Shown: positions 9,544 through 20,587 of the stretch, one piece after another
How positions within the stretch are numbered: the stretch's first letter is position 1
Layout: each line of letters begins with the position of its first letter
Assembly (NCBI GenBank): GCA_964057225.1
Contig: OZ059894.1
Location: forward strand, 11,222,001 to 11,286,000
From: Auanema rhodensis
Lineage: Eukaryota; Animalia; Nematoda
Direction: 5' to 3'
DNA length: 64,000 bases
Position numbers and translations under genes: made by a program
Notes under the pieces: model-generated
The model's input: only the letters and a program-made list of their open reading frames with translations
The model's database searches: none
Told to the model about the DNA's origin: nothing

Positions 9544-12500
9544 ATGGTTTATTGAATAACTAATGTTATGATACAATAAATAACCAATAAAAAAGAGCCC
9601 AGAATCGGGGAGACGGTATTACCAGTACAACTTAAAACAGCAAGTGATTAAAAAGTACAAAATAAAACACATTACCAACAGAGGCTAAAACGACTCAAGA
9701 GTCGGGGGAGTGGGTTAAAAAAAGTAATGAATAACAAAAAAAATGAATAATAAAGCAGAACAGTGAAAAGTAAATATCAAGTGCCGCTATGATCAAACAA
9801 TTTGAGTGCCTACGGCAATAGTGTTAAAAATAAAAAACAAAATACATGTACCAATGAAGGTCAGAAAGAGAGAAAGAAAAAAGACAAAAATAAGTAATAC
9901 AAAAAGTAAAAAATATATTACAATCAAATCACAAACAAGTCAATGGATAATTTCTTCTTCATACTGCCTTACACCAGAAACATGTTCCACGTAGATATTC
10001 CTGGCCCACTTGATGGTATCGGCGACGACGAGCTTCTCCATTAGCCGGTTGTAGTGGCTGCTGATCTTGAGTGATCGGAGGGCTTGTACGTTGAGCGGGT
10101 CCATAGTTCCAAGCATTCCTACGACATACGCTTCTACACTAGTCTTATAACCAAGACATTGGTATTGGCTGGCTATGTCAGCATATTTCCTCTCCTTTAT
10201 CATACGCGCGGCTATCATGGCTTGTCGGCGGTTTTCATAGCTCACTGTAACATCAACGATACTACAGTGTTTTGCGTCATGATCGACCACTACTATGTCA
10301 GGTCGGAGTGTACTATTAATGCCAGGAAGAGGCTGGTTAGTGTAAACTTCTCCGTTTTTAGGCTCTGGCAGGGCTTTGATAAGACGGTCCACGATGTTGT
10401 TGTGGCGGAGTTGGATTGCTCTCGTGTGAAAGTGGCAGTGTCCAAGAACATGTGCAGCAGTTTCGTTGGGGTAACTACACCTGCGGCACTGTTTGTTTCC
10501 TTCTCCGTGTCTTCTACAGCCATTGAGCTGGAGAGTATTAAGTCGAGCCTTGTGGATGAATCGCCAATCAGCAAACCGTATGAAATCTCCCTTCGCCATA
10601 AAGTGATTGGACGCTTTGTTGAGCATTGTGACATCAAAGACTTTCCCTTTGGGACGTGGCCATTCGTCATATGAAAATTAAGGCAGGGCATCAGGAAGGT
10701 GCGTACTGCGTCAGCTTTCTGCCATTCAGCCAGTAAGGATTTGTCAATTTTTTCCAAGTGTTGACTCATGATATTCACTGTTGGAACCGCAGACTTATGT
10801 AAATGCATTCCAGTAGGGATTCCCAGGTGGGAGTAGCTGTCAAATTTGCTGAGAGCGGGTAGAAAGCAGCTCTGAAGCATGTATGAGGCTGTTGATATTT
10901 TCCCTTTGTCGATCGTCAAAGTGGCGCATTTCGCTGGTTTGAAGGTCAAGCCTGTGAAATTAGCCGCATTTGATGCTGCGTCCAACATTTTCTGTAGATC
11001 TTCTGATGATGAGGAGACCAGGGCAAGGTCATCGGCGTACGCTAGCACAGCGATGTTGTGATTGTGTAGCTTATAGCCTGTAGAGGTTTCCAAGATGGTT
11101 TTAATTAGAGGTTCAATGGCAAGGTTGAACAGGATCGGAGATAGTGGGGATCCTTGTAACACACCTGCGTGAACTGGAATGGTCGAAGTGAGTCCGGAGC
11201 CTGTCTGGATTCTTGTAGAGGCATCTGTGTATAGAGCTCGTACTCGGGATATTGAGGCTTCAGCCATTCCTGACCATCTTAGAACGTCTAGCAGAGTTTC
11301 GTGTGGCAGCGATCCAAAAGCGTTTGCGAGATCAAGCCAAGCAATTGCAATTTTCTCACGTTTACGTTTAGCGTCTGCAATGGTACTTTGCAACAAAAAG
11401 TTGTGTTCCATGCATCCAGCTTTGGCCACAAAGCCCTTTTGGGAGGGAGAAAGTCTTTTTTCTGCTCTTGCCCATGTTAGCAGTCGATGCGTAAGACAAG
11501 CTGAGTACGTCTTACCAATTGTGCACGAAAGTGCTATTGGTCGCCAGTTGTTAATGTCAGCTTTATCACCTTTCTTATGGATGAGGACGGTGGTCGACTC
11601 TTTCCAGGAAAAAGGGATGTGTCCTAGCTTGTGTACGGTGTTAAATATCGCTGCTAATATGTGACCTCCTTGGTCAAATTTCTTCCAGTGCGAGTATCGA
11701 AGTCCATCAGCTCCTGGAGCCGTATCGCTGCAACGTCGTATGCGTTCCCAGACTTCCAAAGGGGTGAAAACACCTTCTAATGGGTCGGTACTAGTTGGCA
11801 AATCCGGTCTGGTGACTGTGATGGGGAGGGCTGGGCCTTGACTGCTGTGAACAGAAAGGAAGTGTTTTTCAACATCTGCAGATGGTATGGTGCAGGTTTC
11901 ACTTTGTTCTCCGAGCAGTTGTCGAAAGGCTTTCTTCTTGTTGGCCCTCCAAAGCTTCTGGATCTTCATCGCCTGGGTTTTTTGGTCTTCCTCAGGTTGT
12001 GTGTGTGGTCGGCGCCTTTGTCGGAAGTTGGGAACTTTGATCATAATGTCAAGAGACTTTCTGATTGTGTCTATCAACTCTTCCAGGACCTGCTCGAGCT
12101 CACTTTTGCACACTACCTTTTTAATTCTATCCACCCAAATATTTTCAGAGTTTCTATTCGGATCAGGGTCGGCAAAAGATGGTTCTGTACTCGGAACCCT
12201 GATCTCGTTGAATATTTCACTCTCTCGCGGAAGGGGGGAAACTTCGGCCTCTGGGGACAAGTCCAGAATTGGGGCCTCAAACAAGCGTACCGTTGATGGA
12301 GATCCTTGTTCCTGTCCACTGGATGATGTTTCCTCCATTGTACGCTCCTCCACGGGCGGGGTGGTCGTCCTTGTGCCTGGTGGGCGGGTGTTCCTGATCC
12401 TCCGCAATATAGGGCGGGAACTGGGCTCTCTCGGAGATAGAGGTGAGATCACCACAGTTTCCTCTATGATGCGGAGGCATCCTTCAGCTTTTTTCTGATG

Positions 12501-12807
12501 GCTTTTAACGGCCTTCAGATTGCTGGTGAGGCCACAGGCACGGCACTCAAATTCTACTCCGACCTCATGTTCTCTCCGAAGATGGCGGACGAGACCATTG
12601 TGGTCTGAGTAGGATCGCGGAATAGGAGCGCAGATTGAACAAGAAAAAGGGCTCTGAAGAGGCACCTTTAGCTTGTAAAGCCCTTGCTCCATCTCTAGCA
12701 GATCTAAAGACTTACGTAGTACAGTTGCAATATCGATTTAGCCATTAACCTTATTGTGAACCAATGGAACACATATCGAAGGTTAATTCGATAAGAACGA
12801 TTACTAC
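9544..12807 (-). mobile_element. Copy 3: element with a 526 bp internal deletion and leader clipped to U2 nt 34-96
   Basis: ATG at 12692; deletion junction at 10647-10649 on AAG microhomology; leader 12745-12807. Confidence 0.93.
9940..12692 (-). pseudogene. Frameshifted ORF (RT core intact, RLE out of frame)
   Basis: 799 aa ORF leaves the native frame after NGHVPK; RLE remains as a separate frame 9940-10626. Confidence 0.9.
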
Positions 12808-15128
12808 GTTGCAGCGATACGGCTCCAGGAGCTGATGGACTTCGATACTCGCACTGGAAGAAATTTGACCAAGGAGGTCACATATTAGCAGCGATATTTA
12901 ACACCGTACACAAGCTAGGACACATCCCTTTTTCCTGGAAAGAGTCGACCACCGTCCTCATCCATAAGAAAGGTGATAAAGCTGACATTAACAACTGGCG
13001 ACCAATAGCACTTTCGTGCACAATTGGTAAGACGTACTCAGCTTGTCTTACGCATCGACTGCTAACATGGGCAAGAGCAGAAAAAAGACTTTCTCCCTCC
13101 CAAAAGGGCTTTGTGGCCAAAGCTGGATGCATGGAACACAACTTTTTGTTGCAAAGTACCATTGCAGACGCTAAACGTAAACGTGAGAAAATTGCAATTG
13201 CTTGGCTTGATCTCGCAAACGCTTTTGGATCGCTGCCACACGAAACTCTGCTAGACGTTCTAAGATGGTCAGGAATGGCTGAAGCCTCAATATCCCGAGT
13301 ACGAGCTCTATACACAGATGCCTCTACAAGAATCCAGACAGGCTCCGGACTCACTTCGACCATTCCAGTTCACGCAGGTGTGTTACAAGGATCCCCACTA
13401 TCTCCGATCCTGTTCAACCTTGCCATTGAACCTCTAATTAAAACCATCTTGGAAACCTCTACAGGCTATAAGCTACACAATCACAACATCGCTGTGCTAG
13501 CGTACGCCGATGACCTTGCCCTGGTCTCCTCATCATCAGAAGATCTACAGAAAATGTTGGACGCAGCATCAAATGCGGCTAATTTCACAGGCTTGACCTT
13601 CAAACCAGCGAAATGCGCCACTTTGACGATCGACAAAGGGAAAATATCAACAGCCTCATACATGCTTCAGAGCTGCTTTCTACCCGCTCTCAGCAAATTT
13701 GACAGCTACTCCCACCTGGGAATCCCTACTGGAATGCATTTACATAAGTCTGCGGTTCCAACAGTGAATATCATGAGTCAACACTTGGAAAAAATTGACA
13801 AATCCTTACTGGCTGAATGGCAGAAAGCTGACGCAGTACGCACCTTCCTGATGCCCTGCCTTAATTTTCATATGACGAATGGCCACGTCCCAAAGAGTAA
13901 ACTAGTCGCCTTTGACAAAGAACTCAAACGCTGTGCCCGTAGATGGATGCACTATCCTCCAAACGCCAGTGCTGAACCAATCTACCTGCCAACTAACTAC
14001 GGCGGACTTGGTCTCTCTCGACTCCAACACCTGTCAGACGTCTGTGAAGTCACTCATGCCTACCAACTTTTGAAGTCATCTGATCTTGTAGTAGCTGATA
14101 TTGCGCATCAAGACTCAATAAAAGTAGCATCAAAAAGGATTAAACGTCAAGCCAGTAACGATGAGACAGCTGCATATTACAACGGTTCCGTTGATGGCAT
14201 TTTCGACACCGAAACATCTGATGTTTCCTCCATCTGGACTAGAGTAAGAGTAGCGATGCGTCAACTCAAGAAACTCATCAACGCTAACTGGACATGCCTC
14301 GAAAGTGGTTTAGAACTCAATCTAAACAACCAACTGTTAACACCTTCACTATGCCACAGAAGCCTGCGACGTGCATTATGGCTGAAAGACCTTCGGATCC
14401 TTCTTCAAAAACCGGATCAAGGGAAAGTCTTTGATGTCACAATGCTCAACAAAGCGTCCAATCACTTTATGGCGAAGGGAGATTTCATACGGTTTGCTGA
14501 TTGGCGATTCATCCACAAGGCTCGACTTAATACTCTCCAGCTCAATGGCTGTAGAAGACACGGAGAAGGAAACAAACAGTGCCGCAGGTGTAGTTACCCC
14601 AACGAAACTGCTGCACATGTTCTTGGACACTGCCACTTTCACACGAGAGCAATCCAACTCCGCCACAACAACATCGTGGACCGTCTTATCAAAGCCCTGC
14701 CAGAGCCTAAAAACGGAGAAGTTTACACTAACCAGCCTCTTCCTGGCATTAATAGTACACTCCGACCTGACATAGTAGTGGTCGATCATGACGCAAAACA
14801 CTGTAGTATCGTTGATGTTACAGTGAGCTATGAAAACCGCCGACAAGCCATGATAGCCGCGCGTATGATAAAGGAGAGGAAATATGCTGACATAGCCAGC
14901 CAATACCAATGTCTTGGTTATAAGACTAGTGTAGAAGCGTATGTCGTAGGAATGCTTGGAACTATGGACCCGCTCAACGTACAAGCCCTCCGATCACTCA
15001 AGATCAGCAGCCACTACAACCGGCTAATGGAGAAGCTCGTCGTCGCCGATACCATCAAGTGGGCCAGGAATATCTACGTGGAACATGTTTCTGGTGTAAG
15101 GCAGTATGAAGAAGAAATTATCCATTGA
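12806..15128 (+). pseudogene. N-terminally truncated RT-RLE ORF
   Basis: Open frame from ..CSDTAPG to the native stop; lacks zinc fingers and start codon. Confidence 0.88.
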
Positions 15129-15524
15129 CTTGTTTGTGATTTGATTGTAATATATTTTTTACTTTTTGTATTACTTATTTTTGTCTTTTTTCTTTCTCTC
15201 TTTCTGACCTTCATTGGTACATGTATTTTGTTGTTTATTTTTAACACCATTGCCGTAGGCACTCAAATTGTTTGATCATAGCGGCACTTGATATTTACTT
15301 TTCACTGTTCTGCTTTATTATTCATTTTTTTTGTTATTCATTACTTTTTTTAACCCACTCCCCCGACTCTTGAGTCGTTTTAGCCTCTGTTGGTAATGTG
15401 TTTTATTTTGTACTTTTTAATCACTTGCTGTTTTAAGTTGTACTGGTAATACCGTCTCCCCGATTCTGGGCTCTTTTTTATTGGTTATTTATTGTTTCAT
15501 AACATTAGTTATTCAATAAACCAT
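12806..15524 (+). mobile_element. Copy 4: 5'-truncated element starting near the beginning of the RT domain
   Basis: Matches copy 1 2406-5124 (offset 10400); standard 3' junction at 15525. Confidence 0.93.
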
Positions 15525-15671
15525 TAATCGTTCTTATCGAATTAACCTTCGATATGTGTTCCATTGGTTCACAATAAGGTTAACCGATTTTTGAGACTTG
15601 AGGTAGATGCTGGCTTGCTAGCTCCACCTCACGGGTCGACCCGCTCTTGCACTGCTGGCGGGAACGGCCCA
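15525..15671 (+). pseudogene. U2: U2 nt 38-184 downstream of insertion
   Basis: Same junction. Confidence 0.93.
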
Positions 15672-16853
15672 TTCCCTCAGGGAAAGAATGTAACAATAAG
15701 AATGAAAATCGTGTAGTACACATGGAAATTCAACTTGAGTGACGCTTATGACGATGCTGCAGCATACGAACGGTTTAGAAATGACTATACGATCAAAGAT
15801 GTACCTCTCATTTGTTCACAAACCTTCTATTTTCATGGCTTTCTTATAATTTTTTGTCATACTTATGTACTACCTGGTAATTCTGTATTTACATTTATGT
15901 TTATTCATGTCTTTGCTGCCTCTACGCTTTTGTTACTTTTATAGTTTAATATTGTAGTTTTTCGGAACAAACATTCTCTACGTCAATAAATTGTTCTTAT
16001 CGAATTAATCTTCAATATGTGTTCTATTACTATACTGGTAATGTATATATCTCGTTTAGTGCGTGGGGGCCTATTCGGGTGGTTTCTATTATGCATATGC
16101 ATGTTGTTTAGACTTTTAAGACGTATTTCAACAAGTTAGAACGATTAAACATGTTTGCAGAGTGATCGGATGAGGTTGAAACGAGTAATGAGAAAAAAAG
16201 TAGGTAAGGGGGGACCCTTGTGTGAGAAAATGTTCAAAAAAAAGTTGTTTTTGTTTTCGTTTTGTTTTCATTTTTCAAAAATTTACAGTTTTTATAAAAA
16301 TAATTCTTCTTTCTACAGTAGATTGTAAATTTCATGAAAAAAAATATAGGGAATCAAAAGTTACATTAGGGTCCCGAATACGGGACATTTTTATATGTGT
16401 AAAAACGGTCCAGTTTTAACACAAGGGTTTTCCGGTCTATTATAAGGTAAAACACAGCTTTTTAAACCTCCGTAGCGTAATGAGAAATGATGATTTCGTG
16501 AATGTTAAAGTTTTCTATCATAGTTCTCTATAGTATCTACGTACATATGAAGAAAAAATAGAAAGAAATTTTTCTGGAAGCAAGTTTCATTGAGCGTTCC
16601 GTATAAGGAACATTATGATAAAAATTATAAGGGGGTAAAACATATCATTGTTAACCAAGACGTCTGAAAATAAAATTTTCTATTACAATAAATATGAAGT
16701 TCTATCATACATATGCATGTTATAAAGACTTTCTAGACGTATTTCAACGGGTTAGAACGAGTTTAAACCGAGTTATGAGGAAAAACAATGATATTTAAAA
16801 AAAAAACAACTATGTGTTGAAAAAATTTCTCTCTTGATTGGACTTTTTACTGT

Positions 16854-16917
<64 letters not shown>

Positions 16918-17059
16918 GGATACATGGCTAACCTTTAGACACATAGGTGAAAAAAAAATTTTTTTTGTTATTGTTACTGTTCCTGTTGTTTTCTTTGTGG
17001 TCGTATCTATTAACAACAAGATTTAGAGTGATATAACTGATAATGAAGAATATGACATT

Positions 17060-17178
17060 GCTTACGACCATACCACGTTGAAAGTACGCCATCCCGTCCG
17101 ATCTGGCAAGTCAAGCAACGTTGGGCCCGGTTAGTACTTGGATCGGAGACGGCTTGGGAATCCCGGGTGTCGTAAGCT
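17060..17178 (+). rRNA. 5S: 5S rRNA (single-copy unit)
   Basis: Same sequence; hybrid flanks. Confidence 0.95.
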
Positions 17179-17621
17179 TTTATATTTTATTTGAAATTTT
17201 TTGAAGAAATAAAAAAGCTTTGATAACTAAAAAAAAGTTGTTGATTGATATGTGCTCTAATATTACAAGAGTGGTTGTTCTAGATACTGTAAGCAATACA
17301 AACACTGTAAAGTTGGGAGATTTCATTGTATTAACCTTCTCCTAATTATTGTATAAAAATATATAAAATATTCGGAAACTTTGCAACCGTACATATAAAA
17401 CTATATACAAGTATTTGAATAAAAAGAATAGAAAAAAGTGCAGCGCTTCGAATAAGAAAAAAATAAGTCCAAAAGTTGAGTAAATCCACAGTTTATATGA
17501 GCCATTTATGACCTGTACAGTCAAGATTGTCAAACCACACTTTTATATTCAAATGAGAGAGTGCACTCGTAACAAGTACGATACATTTGCTTGATGTCTT
17601 TGATACTCATGGCTATGCTGT

Positions 17622-17805
17622 ATCGCTTCTCGGCCTTTTGGCTAAGATCAAAGTGTAGTAATCGTTCTTATCGAATTAACCTTCGATATGTGTTCCATTG
17701 GTTCACAATAAGGTTAACCGATTTTTGAGACTTGAGGTAGATGCTGGCTTGCTAGCTCCACCTCACGGGTCGACCCGCTCTTGCACTGCTGGCGGGAACG
17801 GCCCA
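17622..17805 (+). ncRNA. U2: U2 snRNA, intact (3' end approximate)
   Basis: ATCGCTTCTCGGCCTTTTGGCTAAGATC, branch-pairing GTAGTA, stem IIa TATCGAA/TTCGATA, IIc partner AAGGTTAA, Sm site GATTTTTGA, stem IV loop TTGCAC. Confidence 0.96.
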
Positions 17806-18126
17806 TTCCCTCAGGGAAAGAATGTAACAATAAGAATGAAAATCGTGTAGTACACATGGAAATTCAACTTGAGTGACGCTTATGACGATGCTGCAGCATA
17901 CGAACGGTTTAGAAATGACTATACGATCAAAGATGTACCTCTCATTTGTTCACAAACCTTCTATTTTCATGGCTTTCTTATAATTTTTTGTCATACTTAT
18001 GTACTACCTGGTAATTCTGTATTTACATTTATGTTTATTCATGTCTTTGCTGCCTCTACGCTTTTGTTACTTTTATAGTTTAATATTGTAGTTTTTCGGA
18101 ACAAACATTCTCTACGTCAATAAATT

Positions 18127-18162
18127 GTTCTTATCGAATTAATCTTCAATATGTGTTCTATT
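18127..18162 (+). pseudogene. Degenerate U2 fragment (nt 43-78) in the spacer of each unit, 505 bp after U2 +1
   Basis: GTTCTTATCGAATTAAtCTTCaATATGTGTTCtATT, 33/36 identical to U2; also at 15993, 24878, 27359, 35194, 37671, 40168 (cut), 44158 and in mirrored units. Confidence 0.85.
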
Positions 18163-18987
18163 ACTATACTGGTAATGTATATATCTCGTTTAGTGCGTGG
18201 GGGCCTATTCGGGTGGTTTCTATTATGCATATGCATGTTGTTTAGACTTTTAAGACGTATTTCAACAAGTTAGAACGATTAAACATGTTTGCAGAGTGAT
18301 CGGATGAGGTTGAAACGAGTAATGAGAAAAAAAGTAGGTAAGGGGGGACCCTTGTGTGAGAAAATGTTCAAAAAAAAGTTGTTTTTGTTTTCGTTTTGTT
18401 TTCATTTTTCAAAAATTTACAGTTTTTATAAAAATAATTCTTCTTTCTACAGTAGATTGTAAATTTCATGAAAAAAAATATAGGGAATCAAAAGTTACAT
18501 TAGGGTCCCGAATACGGGACATTTTTATATGTGTAAAAACGGTCCAGTTTTAACACAAGGGTTTTCCGGTCTATTATAAGGTAAAACACAGCTTTTTAAA
18601 CCTCCGTAGCGTAATGAGAAATGATGATTTCGTGAATGTTAAAGTTTTCTATCATAGTTCTCTATAGTATCTACGTACATATGAAGAAAAAATAGAAAGA
18701 AATTTTTCTGGAAGCAAGTTTCATTGAGCGTTCCGTATAAGGAACATTATGATAAAAATTATAAGGGGGTAAAACATATCATTGTTAACCAAGACGTCTG
18801 AAAATAAAATTTTCTATTACAATAAATATGAAGTTCTATCATACATATGCATGTTATAAAGACTTTCTAGACGTATTTCAACGGGTTAGAACGAGTTTAA
18901 ACCGAGTTATGAGGAAAAACAATGATATTTAAAAAAAAAACAACTATGTGTTGAAAAAATTTCTCTCTTGATTGGACTTTTTACTGT

Positions 18988-19039
<52 letters not shown>

Positions 19040-19182
19040 CGGATACATGGCTAACCTTTAGACACATAGGTGAAAAAAAAAATTTTTTTGTTATTGTTAC
19101 TGTTCCTGTTGTTTTCTTTGTGGTCGTATCTATTAACAACAAGATTTAGAGTGATATAACTGATAATGAAGAATATGACATT

Positions 19183-19301
19183 GCTTACGACCATACCACG
19201 TTGAAAGTACGCCATCCCGTCCGATCTGGCAAGTCAAGCAACGTTGGGCCCGGTTAGTACTTGGATCGGAGACGGCTTGGGAATCCCGGGTGTCGTAAGC
19301 T
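19183..19301 (+). rRNA. 5S: 5S rRNA
   Basis: Same sequence. Confidence 0.95.
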
Positions 19302-19542
19302 TTTATATTTTATTTGAAATTTTTTGAAGAAATAAAAAAGCTTTGATAACTAAAACAAAGTTGTTGTTAATCGAATGTTTGCTCTAATAACACGACAGAG
19401 GTAGTCTTAGATACTGTAAATAACTCGAACACTGTAAAGTTTGGGCATTTCATTTGTTACTGTTCCTGTTGTTTTCTTTGTGGTCCTAACTATTAACAAC
19501 AAGATTTAGAGTGATATAACTGATAATGAAGAATATAACATT

Positions 19543-19661
19543 GCTTACGACCATACCACGTTGAAAGTACGCCATCCCGTCCGATCTGGCAAGTCAAGCA
19601 ACGTTGGGCCCGGTTAGTACTTGGATCGGAGACGGCTTGGGAATCCCGGGTGTCGTAAGCT
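19543..19661 (+). rRNA. 5S: 5S rRNA
   Basis: Same sequence. Confidence 0.95.
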
Positions 19662-20103
19662 TTTATATTTTATTTGAAATATCTTGAAGAAATAAAAAAG
19701 CTTTGATAACTAGAAAAAGTTGTTGATTGATATGTGCTCTAATATTACAAGAGTGGTTGTTCTAGATACTGTAAGCAATACAAACACTGTAAAGTTGGGA
19801 GATTTCATTGTATTAACCTTCTCCTAATTATTGTATAAAAATATATAAAATATTCGGAAACTTTGCAACCGTACATATAAAACTATATACAAGTATTTGA
19901 ATAAAAAGAATAGAAAAAAGTGCAGCGCTTCGAATAAGAAAAAAATAAGTCCAAAAGTTGAGTAAATCCACAGTTTATATGAGCCATTTATGACCTGTAC
20001 AGTCAAGATTGTCAAACCACACTTTTATATTCAAATGAGAGAGTGCACTCGTAACAAGTACGATACATTTGCTTGATGTCTTTGATACTCATGGCTATGC
20101 TGT

Positions 20104-20287
20104 ATCGCTTCTCGGCCTTTTGGCTAAGATCAAAGTGTAGTAATCGTTCTTATCGAATTAACCTTCGATATGTGTTCCATTGGTTCACAATAAGGTTAAC
20201 CGATTTTTGAGACTTGAGGTAGATGCTGGCTTGCTAGCTCCACCTCACGGGTCGACCCGCTCTTGCACTGCTGGCGGGAACGGCCCA
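20104..20287 (+). ncRNA. U2: U2 snRNA, intact
   Basis: Same sequence, native upstream region. Confidence 0.95.
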
Positions 20288-20587
20288 TTCCCTCAGGGAA
20301 AGAATGTAACAATAAGAATGAAAATCGTGTAGTACACATGGAAATTCAACTTGAGTGACGCTTATGACGATGCTGCAGCATACGAACGGTTTAGAAATGA
20401 CTATACGATCAAAGATGTACCTCTCATTTGTTCACAAACCTTCTATTTTCATGGCTTTCTTATAATTTTTTGTCATACTTATGTACTACCTGGTAATTCT
20501 GTATTTACATTTATGTTTATTCATGTCTTTGCTGCCTCTACGCTTTTGTTACTTTTATAGTTTAATATTGTAGTTTTTTTTTTTTTT

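Larger units (their letters stand above)
8392..16676. repeat. Inverted repeat around head-to-head copies 3 and 4
   Basis: 8392-10649 mirrors 14419-16676; 10647-11736 mirrors 12806-13895. Confidence 0.88.
17622..20103 (+). repeat. One complete uninserted U2-5S-5S tandem unit (2482 bp)
   Basis: U2 start to next U2 start. Confidence 0.95.

Noticed and set aside
17806-17818. TTCCCT-C-AGGGAA palindrome after U2 as a terminator or 3' box
   Set aside because: Position is suggestive, but no consensus could be matched.
17342-18553. Recurrent short ORFs in the spacer (MTILTVQ.., MSDAYDD.., MRKCSKK.., MLLIDTT..)
   Set aside because: Non-ATG starts, low-complexity AT-rich translations, no motifs; they recur only because the unit is repeated.
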